A DNA stretch of 64,000 nt from a virus, in the IMG/VR virus record IMGVR_UViG_3300009183_000002, positions 18,434 through 82,433 of that record. One strand, written 5' to 3'. The notes under the pieces are model-generated. The model was not told the DNA's origin, searched no databases, and worked only from the letters and a program-made list of their open reading frames with translations. Made by a program: the position numbers and the translations under genes. The number at the start of each line of letters is the position of its first letter. Within the stretch, counting starts at the first letter, position 1. Shown here in pieces: positions 7,377 through 16,749 of the stretch.

Positions 7377-10084
7377 CAGAGTCCTTTAAACATAGAGGTA
7401 AATTCACCAAGAATTTTCTGTCCTGTATTGGATTTGTAATCGGTGTCATCATCTTCTTCCTCTTCTAATCCTAAGTTAAAAAAGCTTGGGGTTGAAGAAG
7501 TAGTGGTTTTAGTTTTTTCACTTGTTGAAACTGGTTCTTCAGCAAACAAATCTTCAACACTTCCAAGAGAAGCAAATGGATCGCTGGTATCCAAGTTAAA
7601 CGCGCCAAGTGCTGAACCTTTACCTGCTTTTGTTAATAGTGTTTGCTCGGATCGATCTACATCAGGGAAGAATTTAGTGTAGAACTCATCTTCTGTTCCT
7701 TGATATCCAGCGGATTGAAACACACTGAATAATTGAGTTGTAGCTTTTGATGTTTCATCTTTAAAATCTTCTGGCCGCTCAATGTATGTAATACCTAGTT
7801 TTTCTTGTGTTGGTCGTTGGCGTTTTTCATTTAGGTATTTAATATTTTCTCGTATTGTCTGTGCAGATCCTGTTCGTAGCGTTTCTTTAACATATTCTTT
7901 TAGTTCGTCAACAGTGCCTTTAAAGTTATCTATACCATAACGTTTTAACACTTCGTCCCAAGTTGACTTGTCATTTGGATCTACACCGCGCAGAACCTCA
8001 TCAGCAAACTCTTCCGGTGTAATAAATTGACCAAAAACTGATCCTTGTTTTAATGCTTCATCTTTAAGTGTTGGAAGAATATTGTTAAAGATTTGATCCT
8101 TTACTTTACTTGCATTAAGAATGTCATCTGCACCGTCATAACCTTTCCCCTGCCCTTTTACTTGAAAGTGCATGCGTGCAAATGCTTGCTTATCATTTAT
8201 GTCGACACCAAATCGATAAGCTTGCTGCGCCCAATACTCATCACCTTTCTTAGCGGCTTCCCAATCAGACCCAACTGTAGAAGCTTGTTCTACATAATTA
8301 CTTTCTCGCGCTTTGTCTCCGGTTGGATTAAAATAAAAATCAGAATCAAAGTAACGGTCATTAGTTGTCTTAAGTTGATCCAAATAAGACTGTGCTCTTA
8401 AATTTGCAACTCGACTAGTTGCACTCAACATGTCTTCAGTTTGGAATGGGTTTTTCTCTTCTTGTCGAATGTCAAGATACTCAACAAACTCATCCATGGA
8501 TTTTGACTGATTAAATCGTGGGTTTAAATAATCGTCTATAAACTGTTTTGCAAAATCAGCATCAATTTTAATTTGTTCTTTTGCTTCTCCTGCTGTATAT
8601 CCAAGTTCCAGATCTTTGTCGTATTTGGTTTTTAACGCATTATCAAACCATTGTTGCCAATTGTATGTTGTATTATTCCTAACGCCTGTAATATTTTGTA
8701 GGCTTTTTTCTAAGGATTCTTCGGCTTTGCCTGCAGATGTCATAGAAAGCAAACCGCCCAGTTCAGTATCTCCAAGAATTGAATTGGTTAATGTCTTGTT
8801 AACATTCATGATTTCACTGAAGCCACCAAGGCCGCTTAACAAACCCAAAGTTGATTCTTTGGCTTTGGCTTTTTTCATTTCATTGATAGTGTCTTTAAGA
8901 ACATTTTGAGTTAATGCGCCAAAACGTTTGGTATCTACCAAAGACTTTTCTCCCACCGCCTGGTTAAGAACATCTTCTAAATCAGTGACACCATAACCAG
9001 CATTGACGTTGTAATTCAAACTGACTTGTTTGTCTTCCGGACGTTCTGACAAACGAAATAAAGCAACAAACTCATCTTCTTTTGATGGGTCCAAGAATTT
9101 TTGTTTGGCTTGCTTAGACCAATAGGGATCTCCATCTTGAGCTTTTTGAAATTCTGCTGCAATTTCTGGAATGTTTAACAGACGTTGTGTTTGAGTTTCA
9201 GTGTTGATACCAAGTTGTAAATCTCTTACCTTTTGTAACTCTTGATCTGTTGGTTTTGTTTCAATGTATTTATTTGTTTGCTCAGTTATCTCGGCAGCAT
9301 TACCACGTAATTGAGGATTGCCTATGCGTTGTGTTGTGTAATTTTGTAGGTAAAATCCATTCTCTCCGTATCGTTCAGTTACGTCAATGTCATCATTTGC
9401 TTTATACTTTTCCCATTCTTCAGCGGCACCAGGGTTTTGAGTCTTGTAATACTCAGGGTCAAAATCACCGTAAAGTGGTTTTGCGCCTAAAGCAGGGTCC
9501 CATGTTTGTAGTTTTTCTGTGCGGTAAAAAGTTTTATACTGATCGGTTACATTAGAAATTAACCTATCAGCATCTATTTCTGAAATCCCTGCTTCAATTA
9601 ACGAAGGTTTAAGTTTGGCAATAGCATCACGGTTTGCAACATAGTCCCCACCTCGCGTATTTGTTGCTGTTGCAACAATAGTATTGTAAGCGTTATTTTT
9701 TACTTCATTTTGTTTATTAAGTGTTTCCGCTTCTTTGTTGAGAAGATCATTATATTTCCAATCTCCTGCACCAGGGATCTTAGCTAATAGATCCGGAGAG
9801 GAGCTTGCATCTGCTTGAAAGCCGTCAGCAATTTTAATGTAAGGGCTATCTGGTTTGTTATATAATCTTCCAACAGCTTTATTTTTATCAAAAAAACCCC
9901 ATTTACCAGCATCTACTTCTGCTTTTGTTGTGTAACCTTGTAGATGCCTTTCGTAAAACGTTTTACCAATAGAATCTTTGTATATTGGATATACTGTGTC
10001 ACCTGTTGGACGAGACTTGTTATTGTTAGTGTCTTCTGGTGTATTGACCCAGGTTTTGTCTACTGCGTTATAGGTTAATGCCAT
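7376..10084 (-). CDS. Large 902-aa protein, probable virion/internal protein
   Basis: Long ORF in late block; FDxxYY repeats, acidic tail. Confidence 0.75.
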   Translation of the reverse strand: MALTYNAVDKTWVNTPEDTNNNKSRPTGDTVYPIYKDSIGKTFYERHLQGYTTKAEVDAGKWGFFDKNKAVGRLYNKPDSPYIKIADGFQADASSSPDLLAKIPGAGDWKYNDLLNKEAETLNKQNEVKNNAYNTIVATATNTRGGDYVANRDAIAKLKPSLIEAGISEIDADRLISNVTDQYKTFYRTEKLQTWDPALGAKPLYGDFDPEYYKTQNPGAAEEWEKYKANDDIDVTERYGENGFYLQNYTTQRIGNPQLRGNAAEITEQTNKYIETKPTDQELQKVRDLQLGINTETQTQRLLNIPEIAAEFQKAQDGDPYWSKQAKQKFLDPSKEDEFVALFRLSERPEDKQVSLNYNVNAGYGVTDLEDVLNQAVGEKSLVDTKRFGALTQNVLKDTINEMKKAKAKESTLGLLSGLGGFSEIMNVNKTLTNSILGDTELGGLLSMTSAGKAEESLEKSLQNITGVRNNTTYNWQQWFDNALKTKYDKDLELGYTAGEAKEQIKIDADFAKQFIDDYLNPRFNQSKSMDEFVEYLDIRQEEKNPFQTEDMLSATSRVANLRAQSYLDQLKTTNDRYFDSDFYFNPTGDKARESNYVEQASTVGSDWEAAKKGDEYWAQQAYRFGVDINDKQAFARMHFQVKGQGKGYDGADDILNASKVKDQIFNNILPTLKDEALKQGSVFGQFITPEEFADEVLRGVDPNDKSTWDEVLKRYGIDNFKGTVDELKEYVKETLRTGSAQTIRENIKYLNEKRQRPTQEKLGITYIERPEDFKDETSKATTQLFSVFQSAGYQGTEDEFYTKFFPDVDRSEQTLLTKAGKGSALGAFNLDTSDPFASLGSVEDLFAEEPVSTSEKTKTTTSSTPSFFNLGLEEEEDDDTDYKSNTGQKILGEFTSMFKGL

Positions 10085-10085
10085 T

Positions 10086-10454
10086 TTAAATTGCCAGTTG
10101 TAACGTATCTACCTGATACACAAAGAGGTCTATGGCCTCTTGAGACGTCCAGGTTTTAATTCTATCCATCTTAGCCTGATTAAAGAATTCTTGTTTTGTG
10201 TACCAAGTTTCCATTGGTTCGCTTGCCTTAGACGTATTGCAACGTCGACATGCAGGCAGTAGGTTGTTTCGATTACTAGAACCAGATTTAAACCGTGGGA
10301 TGATGTGGTCTAGGCTTGTCGCCTCGTCTCCACAGTAACCACACTTACAGTCCCAGGAGTCGTAGATAGCTTGTCTAAATCGTTTCTTTGCAAGTTTGGG
10401 AGTCAGTTCAAGGAGCAATGCGAGTGGTTCGTGTTCGCAGCTGAACATACTCAA
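10086..10454 (-). CDS. HNH endonuclease
   Basis: CGYCG...LDHIIP...G.....NLLPACRRCN..K. Confidence 0.9.
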   Translation of the reverse strand: MSMFSCEHEPLALLLELTPKLAKKRFRQAIYDSWDCKCGYCGDEATSLDHIIPRFKSGSSNRNNLLPACRRCNTSKASEPMETWYTKQEFFNQAKMDRIKTWTSQEAIDLFVYQVDTLQLAI

Positions 10455-10532
10455 TTTGCAGTTATCTTATTTTAATTTGACCTCACACATTTTCAGCTTA
10501 AATGTAAAGATAAAAAAACTGTAAACACCCCC

Positions 10533-10560
10533 TTGACAGGGGTCGGCATGCTGATAGGGT
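10533..10560 (+). promoter_or_regulatory. Sigma70-type promoter for the HTH gene
   Basis: TTGACA-16 nt-(TGn)TAGGGT; -35 flanked by CCCC/GGGG inverted repeat. Confidence 0.5.
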
Positions 10561-10587
10561 AGATGCGCACACGATTTTCTTCAAGTC

Positions 10588-10806
10588 ATGACTAAAAACC
10601 GCGAGTGGGTGTCCATCCAGCAGGCAGAAACACTGCTTGGAATTGATCGCGCAACTCTCTTCAAGTACCGTGATGACGGCACCCTGAAGCTTGGGCCGCA
10701 CTTTGCTGCCTTCCCTGGCACCTACTCACGGGATAGTTATCGCTGGAACGTAGCTGCCGTACAGAAGCACTTGCGCAAGCAACAGAAGCTTGCTGCTGCT
10801 GTCTGA
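10588..10806 (+). CDS. Small HTH DNA-binding protein (excisionase-like)
   Basis: WVSIQQAETLLGIDRATLFKYR..G.LKLGPHF. Confidence 0.7.
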   Translation: MTKNREWVSIQQAETLLGIDRATLFKYRDDGTLKLGPHFAAFPGTYSRDSYRWNVAAVQKHLRKQQKLAAAV

Positions 10807-10824
10807 GCTACTGCACCACAACTT

Positions 10825-10855
10825 AACGGTCCTGCCTTGTGTAGGGCCGTTTTTT
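10825..10855 (+). terminator. Rho-independent terminator
   Basis: AACGGTCCTGC-loop-GTAGGGCCGTT followed by T-run. Confidence 0.75.
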
Positions 10856-12638
10856 ATGGCGTGAAAGCATTGCCATTTTTGTCAAACATTGTAAAGTCTT
10901 TCACTTCGATGTATGCTGTCGGGACGTTGAATAACTTTTGAAGGATTGGGGCAAGTGACGGGGATTGACAGTTGTAAGGAGGGACATCCATTGTGGATAA
11001 TGCTCGCCTGGCAATACTAAAGGCGTATGCTTCTTTCTGTTCGCCTTCAGTGCTATCAACTAAGTTTTGCTCCCACTCAACCATGCTTCCCATCCCTAGG
11101 GGAAAATCAGAAGGTTCTGGGGGAAACACACCATCTTTAAACTTAAGAGCATAAATATGTTTGCAGTAACGCATCTCATCCAACAAAGGAGTCCAGTTGT
11201 CAGTAAGAGAAGTGATCTGATCCTGTGTTGAAGAATAATCATTATATGTAGGCATGCCTTCTGCTGTAGAACCTTGCGAACTAATTGCGTTTTGACTTCG
11301 TAAGTACGTTGCACCAAAATCCCTGTATATGCCGGGATTATCCCTGTTTGAATTAACAAGCGTTACGTTGTTAATGGACGTTGAGATTGGTGGTGTAAAG
11401 CCCTGTGGGGCATACACGGTGGTTGTTTTATTAACCCCGTTAGTTGTCATTGCTGCGTTAGATACTACCTCAGTTGCTTGAAAGATTTTGGTAACGCCTG
11501 GATTAAGTATGGACCCTGTACCAGCGTTGACTAATACTTCATACCTAAAGCTAACTCCTGGATTGACTGCAAGCACTTGAAAAACACCATCAGCTATTCC
11601 ACCGGTAGTACCTTCAACATAGACAAAGCTATTCAATAAGGGCGGAACACTGGTGCTAACCGTGACTGACGAAGCACTGGCTGTGATCGCATCAAAAAGA
11701 ATCGGAGTAGAAAGCACTGCCTGTGTAGTTGTTTCAAAACGACCTGGCTTAACCGATGCAATACTGGTCCGGGGATAAAACTTTTTGGTTCCAGTGGCAG
11801 CAGCAACGTCCAACATGAAGCTGTATTCGCGGTGTGTAAAGTCTTGACAAGAGCACGCAAAACGAGCGCCCGTAATTAAAAACCTACCTACAGTAAAAGG
11901 AACCGGCGAAGGTGTAATGTACTCCTTGTCGGGACTAATGTAGATAGAACCTGCTTTTTTAACTGTTAGTATCCCAGAAAAAGGATCTGTGTTTACCAAG
12001 ACAGCTTGTACATAGCCGTAGCGTTTCTGAGTGGCTGGGTCAATGGTATTTGCTGTGATGATATCGCCGTTTTCTACAATGATGCGATCTTCAAGTATCT
12101 CACTATCTAACGGCTTCAAGCCTGTGGCTTGCCCTGGTACAGCACTATAAAAAGGAGGAGGTAAGGGATTGGCAGCACTCCAATTACCCGCAAGTTTTAC
12201 GTACCAATTCTGAGAATCAGATGTGATGTATTGAATGGAAAGTGTGTCACTAGATATTGGATCAGTTAATTTATCAGTTCTTGTAGAGCCTGCATATCTC
12301 CATAAGGCCCAGTGCATACCAAGCTCTCGGTTGGTTGTTGGATAACCAACAAATACTCCTGATACAACAGGGTTTGGATTTGTTGTTGAACTAGGTGTGC
12401 CCTCTGGTACAGGCAGCTGATAACTAAAACGATAAGAATAATCGTTGTCATAGGTACTGGCTGTTGCCAGTTCATATCCCCTACGCCATCTAGCCCAAGC
12501 TGATTCCCTATTGACTGTACTTATAGAACCAGGTACTGAACCTTTGGAGAACTCTGTTGTGATTGGAGATATGATGTTTGGCTGGAAGTTTTCAACCTTG
12601 CCAAACGATCCAAAAGAGTTCCCGCCATTAGGCGACAT
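10854..12638 (-). CDS. Protein with split SWIM zinc finger, probably virion-associated
   Basis: FACSCQDF ... YCKHIYA separated by about 230 aa. Confidence 0.65.
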   Translation of the reverse strand: MSPNGGNSFGSFGKVENFQPNIISPITTEFSKGSVPGSISTVNRESAWARWRRGYELATASTYDNDYSYRFSYQLPVPEGTPSSTTNPNPVVSGVFVGYPTTNRELGMHWALWRYAGSTRTDKLTDPISSDTLSIQYITSDSQNWYVKLAGNWSAANPLPPPFYSAVPGQATGLKPLDSEILEDRIIVENGDIITANTIDPATQKRYGYVQAVLVNTDPFSGILTVKKAGSIYISPDKEYITPSPVPFTVGRFLITGARFACSCQDFTHREYSFMLDVAAATGTKKFYPRTSIASVKPGRFETTTQAVLSTPILFDAITASASSVTVSTSVPPLLNSFVYVEGTTGGIADGVFQVLAVNPGVSFRYEVLVNAGTGSILNPGVTKIFQATEVVSNAAMTTNGVNKTTTVYAPQGFTPPISTSINNVTLVNSNRDNPGIYRDFGATYLRSQNAISSQGSTAEGMPTYNDYSSTQDQITSLTDNWTPLLDEMRYCKHIYALKFKDGVFPPEPSDFPLGMGSMVEWEQNLVDSTEGEQKEAYAFSIARRALSTMDVPPYNCQSPSLAPILQKLFNVPTAYIEVKDFTMFDKNGNAFTP

Positions 12639-12640
12639 CG

Positions 12641-13426
12641 TTAGAAGAAGCCGCCTTGAGCGATTACGTGGGCTCCAGGAATGTATCCAGAAACGTTGGG
12701 ACCATCAGGAAACACACCAACGTAAATGCGGTCGCCACGCTCCAGGTAGATACCTTTGTTGCGTAGTGGTGCAGTTGTCCCTAGACCGTTGGTGTTACCC
12801 GCGCTAACACTAGGAACAGCAAGCTGAGGCATCACATCAGAGCAATCGACAATTCCGCTGTTGGCAGGGATTGTTTTAGCAAATAAAACTTTGTAGTCAC
12901 CAGAGCCAGGGATAGGAACGGTTGTACCACGTGTCTGGTAAAACACAAAGGTTGCGGCAGGTTGATTCCCATAGGCAATACCTTGGTACAGAAAACCTGT
13001 AGCTGTGCCACCTGAGTAATTCAGTGCACTGTTGATGCCGGTAAGAGTGGTAGCACCTGTGTAGGTATAGTAACCGTAACCACTGAAGGGAGCCCCGCCA
13101 CCAGTCAGCGCTCCAGTAGTGGAGATAAGAACAATCTGCCCGCTGACAAGGGAGATTGGGGTACCTGACGTTGCGGTACTAACGGTGTAGTCAGGAGCGC
13201 GATAAGAATCATTACGCGTAATGGTAATGGAATCAACTACGCCACCACTATTATTGTCTTCACTTAACTCCGCGTCCATGTCAACCAGGATCGAAGGAGC
13301 TTGGCCGCCTTGTACGAATAACGTATTGGTAGCAGCACTGCCTACAGTCTGTGTAGTAACACGGACTGAATCAAATAGGGGACGGTCAACCAATAGCGGT
13401 TGCTTGTTGGTAGAGGTTGATGACAT
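12641..13426 (-). CDS. Probable virion structural protein
   Basis: G/T/S-rich beta-type composition, late block. Confidence 0.65.
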   Translation of the reverse strand: MSSTSTNKQPLLVDRPLFDSVRVTTQTVGSAATNTLFVQGGQAPSILVDMDAELSEDNNSGGVVDSITITRNDSYRAPDYTVSTATSGTPISLVSGQIVLISTTGALTGGGAPFSGYGYYTYTGATTLTGINSALNYSGGTATGFLYQGIAYGNQPAATFVFYQTRGTTVPIPGSGDYKVLFAKTIPANSGIVDCSDVMPQLAVPSVSAGNTNGLGTTAPLRNKGIYLERGDRIYVGVFPDGPNVSGYIPGAHVIAQGGFF

Positions 13427-13487
13427 TTACTTCTTCCTGTATTCAGCCTTTTATGCTAGGCTGGTTTTGTTCACTGAGCCCATTCTA

Positions 13488-14078
13488 ATGGACAACATTT
13501 TTACTTGCTCAAAATGCGGCCAGCCATTCTCTAGTGCTTGGCCGTCTTCCGTTCGTCATCGTCTAAGAAAAAACGGAAAAATCTTCTGTTCTAAAAGCTG
13601 TGCAGCAATCACACATGGTGCGTGGCTTGTTACTGATGAGTTTAATTCTGAGTATAGAGCTTGGCAAGCAATGAAATCTCGTTGTAATTGTAAGGGCAAT
13701 ACTTACTACGAGCGTTATGGTGGCCGTGGAATTACCTACGATCCCAGCTGGGATGATTTTAAAACTTTTTTAAAAGATATGGGGCCGAAAGAAAATGCAA
13801 AATTAGAGCTAGAAAGAATTGATAATGATAAAAACTACTGTAAAGAAAACTGTCGTTGGGCTACACATAAAGAACAGACTCGCAACAGAGGAGGAAAACG
13901 TGCGACAAGACTTTACACATTTGAAGGAAAAACAATGTGTATTGCCGATTGGGCAAAAGAGATTGGCATCAGTCCTCAGTCAATGCAAAAACGTCTAAAC
14001 AATAACTGGCCTTTGGAAAAAGCTTTTTGTAAAGAACGACGCGATGGCAAAGGAAGTAAACAAGTAAAACCTAGGTAA
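13488..14078 (+). CDS. HNH-type homing endonuclease, inverted relative to late operon
   Basis: EYRAWQAMKSRC...YGGRGI...LERIDNDKNYCKENCRWAT...Q.RN; start moved to ATG 13488. Confidence 0.85.
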   Translation: MDNIFTCSKCGQPFSSAWPSSVRHRLRKNGKIFCSKSCAAITHGAWLVTDEFNSEYRAWQAMKSRCNCKGNTYYERYGGRGITYDPSWDDFKTFLKDMGPKENAKLELERIDNDKNYCKENCRWATHKEQTRNRGGKRATRLYTFEGKTMCIADWAKEIGISPQSMQKRLNNNWPLEKAFCKERRDGKGSKQVKPR

Positions 14079-14090
14079 AAGTTACGTACT

Positions 14091-14351
14091 TTACCTGCCG
14101 AAACCTGACATGGCATCCGTAAATCCTTTGGGCAACTGGATGCCAGCCATCAGTGCTCCTTCAGGATTGTTTTGTAATGCAAGGAACTGTTGAAAGTATT
14201 CACCCGCATCGCTACCAGGTTTAAACTTAAACCTTTTGTTGCTCATGTAAGTGAGCTTATCCTGGGGCGATAAATTGCTATCACTAAGACCAGCTGAGTA
14301 CACCTCCCCAGGTAGGTAAGCGGTGTCTAGATATTCGTTAAATCTAGCCAT
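14091..14351 (-). CDS. Hypothetical protein
   Basis: ORF in late operon. Confidence 0.6.
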   Translation of the reverse strand: MARFNEYLDTAYLPGEVYSAGLSDSNLSPQDKLTYMSNKRFKFKPGSDAGEYFQQFLALQNNPEGALMAGIQLPKGFTDAMSGFGR

Positions 14352-14353
14352 AG

Positions 14354-15010
14354 TTAAAAACGCATGGGGTTAATGATGGACGGAACAAGCGATTTTATTA
14401 GTGCACTTTTCATGTCACCCAACAAAGACGAGGCTTGTTGATTGACAGCGTCAAGGCCAGGCTTGGAGGCCAGGCCAAGTGCTGCACCAAGGACTTCTTC
14501 CACGGAACGACGATCAGCTGATACAGGTGGCGGTGCCATAGGACCTGCTGCTTGTCCATCCAAGCCAAGACTGTTAAGTTGCCCAAGTACGTTGCGTGCT
14601 GCCTTAAAACGATTTTCGTCTTTAGGATCACCAGCTCTTTCAAAGTCACGCCTGAATACCAACGCAGATTGCTCTGGTGATACCGCACCACGCAATGATT
14701 CAAGCGAACTTCTTTCCGGACCTTCTAACTCACTAATTAAAAAGTCTGCTTGCAAAGAGGGATCGCCTGGATCTTTTTTCCTTTGCTTAGCAAAGTTTAC
14801 AAGATTAGCTTGCCTCCCACCGGTCCATTGCGCAAAACCATAACCGCCTTTGCCAAGGGGATTACCAACTGCACCGCCTTCATTTACACGCGGATTAAAA
14901 CCAGACTCTTGCGAAAAGTTACCAAGCACACCAGCAATCTGGGAATTGGTTAACTTAAGTCTTTCTTTTAGTTGCCGCGCAACAAGTGCTGCGTTGGGGT
15001 TGATGGTCAT
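14354..15010 (-). CDS. Phage tail lysozyme domain protein (Phage_lysozyme2-like)
   Basis: AGVLGNFSQESGFNP...GYGFAQWTGGR...Q.DFL..EL...FERAG. Confidence 0.85.
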   Translation of the reverse strand: MTINPNAALVARQLKERLKLTNSQIAGVLGNFSQESGFNPRVNEGGAVGNPLGKGGYGFAQWTGGRQANLVNFAKQRKKDPGDPSLQADFLISELEGPERSSLESLRGAVSPEQSALVFRRDFERAGDPKDENRFKAARNVLGQLNSLGLDGQAAGPMAPPPVSADRRSVEEVLGAALGLASKPGLDAVNQQASSLLGDMKSALIKSLVPSIINPMRF

Positions 15011-15017
15011 TGGCGCT

Positions 15018-15140
15018 CTATCCTCTTTCTCCTACCCAGTTTGATTCAGCTTTGAGACCAGGGGTAAAGACTGTTTGGGAAACCAGGAACAGACTTACGG
15101 TAGTAGCAAGACGCTTAACAAACTTAGGGCAGAGAATCAT
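15018..15140 (-). CDS. 40-aa signal-peptide-like ORF (MILCPKFVKRLATTVSLFLVSQTVFTPGLKAESNWVGERG)
   Basis: Hand-translated; basic n-region, hydrophobic h-region, PGLKA; fills the intergenic gap. Confidence 0.55.
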   Translation of the reverse strand: MILCPKFVKRLATTVSLFLVSQTVFTPGLKAESNWVGERG

Positions 15141-15244
15141 CGGTTTAATGCAACAACACTGGTCACCGTGAATCAAAAAGATTCGTCATCCAGTAGGTGG
15201 GCTTACGTGCAGAACACTGCCAAGTGATCTTAGTCTATCAAAGG

Positions 15245-16249
15245 TTACTTGATGCGTTGGTTGTACGCCTGACGCAGGAGACCTCTCGTCGTTTCATCAA
15301 TATTTGCAAATTTAGCATTTGCTTTCACTGGGTTTGTCCAGTAGTCCGTGATGTTAGCTGGTAATGTTTCACTAAATGCACCAGGAGCAACCGCAGACCC
15401 TACTGTGGCTGGATTAAAGCCTGTAATAGCAACTTGCGGTGCGCTGGCTCCATAGTTCATCTCAATGCCTGGCATGGCGCTTGCTGCGGGCATTGCAAAG
15501 GAACTGGCGGGCATCTTACCAATGATCCCTGTGATAGGGCTTAGGTTTTGGAATGCTGTGGCTACGTCAGAATAACCGGTCTGCCCAGGCTTCATCTTGG
15601 CTGCCAACTGTGGGTTGGTTTGCGCCCAGATTTGCATTCCAATCTTTTCTCTTTCATCACCCGTAGCAGCGTTGTACTGCTTGGACAGTTCCGCAACCTG
15701 GTACTTTTTGAACAGAGGATCCTGCTCAGTTAGTTGCCGGGCACGTTCTTTTTCTGCTGCGTAGGCACGATCAGCAATTCCGCTATTATCTGTATTTGTT
15801 TTAGGAAAATATTTACCAACAGCTTGAGCGCTTTGTACTAAATCTGAACCAGTCACAGGTTTGCTTGGATCAAAGCCAGGGGGGTTATATTGCCCCAACC
15901 GTACACCACCCGAAGATGATGACAACGGATTTTGCCCACCCGTAAGACTGTTTACCAAACGTGCGGGGGCAGAGAGTGCTTCTCTAACACGATCAGTAAA
16001 TAATTGGCCTTGAGGTGTTTTACGAAAGCCGGTCCAAGCGTTTGCACCAGCATTAAGAAGTGATGCATAAACACTTGATTGGCCAAGAGTATTTACGAGA
16101 CCACCAACTCCTCCAGCACCGCTTCCCGATCCACCAGGGGCTGCTCTTCCTGCAGACACAGAAGAAGGAGCACCGGCCTGTGTTCTTAACCTATCCATAC
16201 GAATATCGTATGAACTGGGAGAATTTCGACCAACAGTTACATTAGCCAT
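15245..16249 (-). CDS. Probable internal virion protein
   Basis: G/A/S-rich ORF; TAATG coupling to upstream gene. Confidence 0.65.
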   Translation of the reverse strand: MANVTVGRNSPSSYDIRMDRLRTQAGAPSSVSAGRAAPGGSGSGAGGVGGLVNTLGQSSVYASLLNAGANAWTGFRKTPQGQLFTDRVREALSAPARLVNSLTGGQNPLSSSSGGVRLGQYNPPGFDPSKPVTGSDLVQSAQAVGKYFPKTNTDNSGIADRAYAAEKERARQLTEQDPLFKKYQVAELSKQYNAATGDEREKIGMQIWAQTNPQLAAKMKPGQTGYSDVATAFQNLSPITGIIGKMPASSFAMPAASAMPGIEMNYGASAPQVAITGFNPATVGSAVAPGAFSETLPANITDYWTNPVKANAKFANIDETTRGLLRQAYNQRIK

Positions 16250-16710
16250 TACCGCCAAACCTCATGAAGATAGATACGTGAACCCACTGCCGTGTCAGCG
16301 GGGCCAGGGAGTGCCTGGATAAATTCAGCGCCAGAGCGCTCATAACGATAACGAGCTTGGTACGGATCCTTGTAGTTAGGTACGTAAAGGATACCGGCAA
16401 GACGGTTGGTTTCGTAAAGATAAATCTCGTCCCAAACCTTGAGTGCTTCCCTAGCATTACTTGATCGAATAGTACGATCAACGTCACCAGCAATGTTCTC
16501 AATACGAGTAGAAGGCGAAGTCGCTACCTCAGTCTTTTTTTCTGCGGTATCACAGCGTCCGATTTGAATAGCAATCTTGTCATAGAAGTATGAATCCGGA
16601 ATCGTATTCATACCTTCTTCCAGACGGGCGTAGTCGCCCGCTGGAACAGACACAGTGAAGTACCCCAAATGGTACCTAACTCTGCTCTTGTCGAAATCCG
16701 ACAGCTGCAC
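16249..16710 (-). CDS. Probable head-completion/adaptor protein
   Basis: Conserved-looking 153-aa ORF (DKSRVRYHLGY) downstream of capsid genes; function by position only. Confidence 0.5.
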   Translation of the reverse strand: MQLSDFDKSRVRYHLGYFTVSVPAGDYARLEEGMNTIPDSYFYDKIAIQIGRCDTAEKKTEVATSPSTRIENIAGDVDRTIRSSNAREALKVWDEIYLYETNRLAGILYVPNYKDPYQARYRYERSGAEFIQALPGPADTAVGSRIYLHEVWR

Positions 16711-16749
16711 TTCTATGTCTCCTTATCTTTCAATTATAAAAGCAAGTAA

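Noticed and set aside
13221-13487. N-terminal extension of the HNH ORF in the track
   Set aside because: Overlaps the opposite-strand structural gene; ATG 13488 is the plausible start
15011-15020. Read-through fusing the signal peptide to the tail lysozyme
   Set aside because: The 7-nt gap puts them out of frame, no slippery site is evident, and the lysozyme has its own SD
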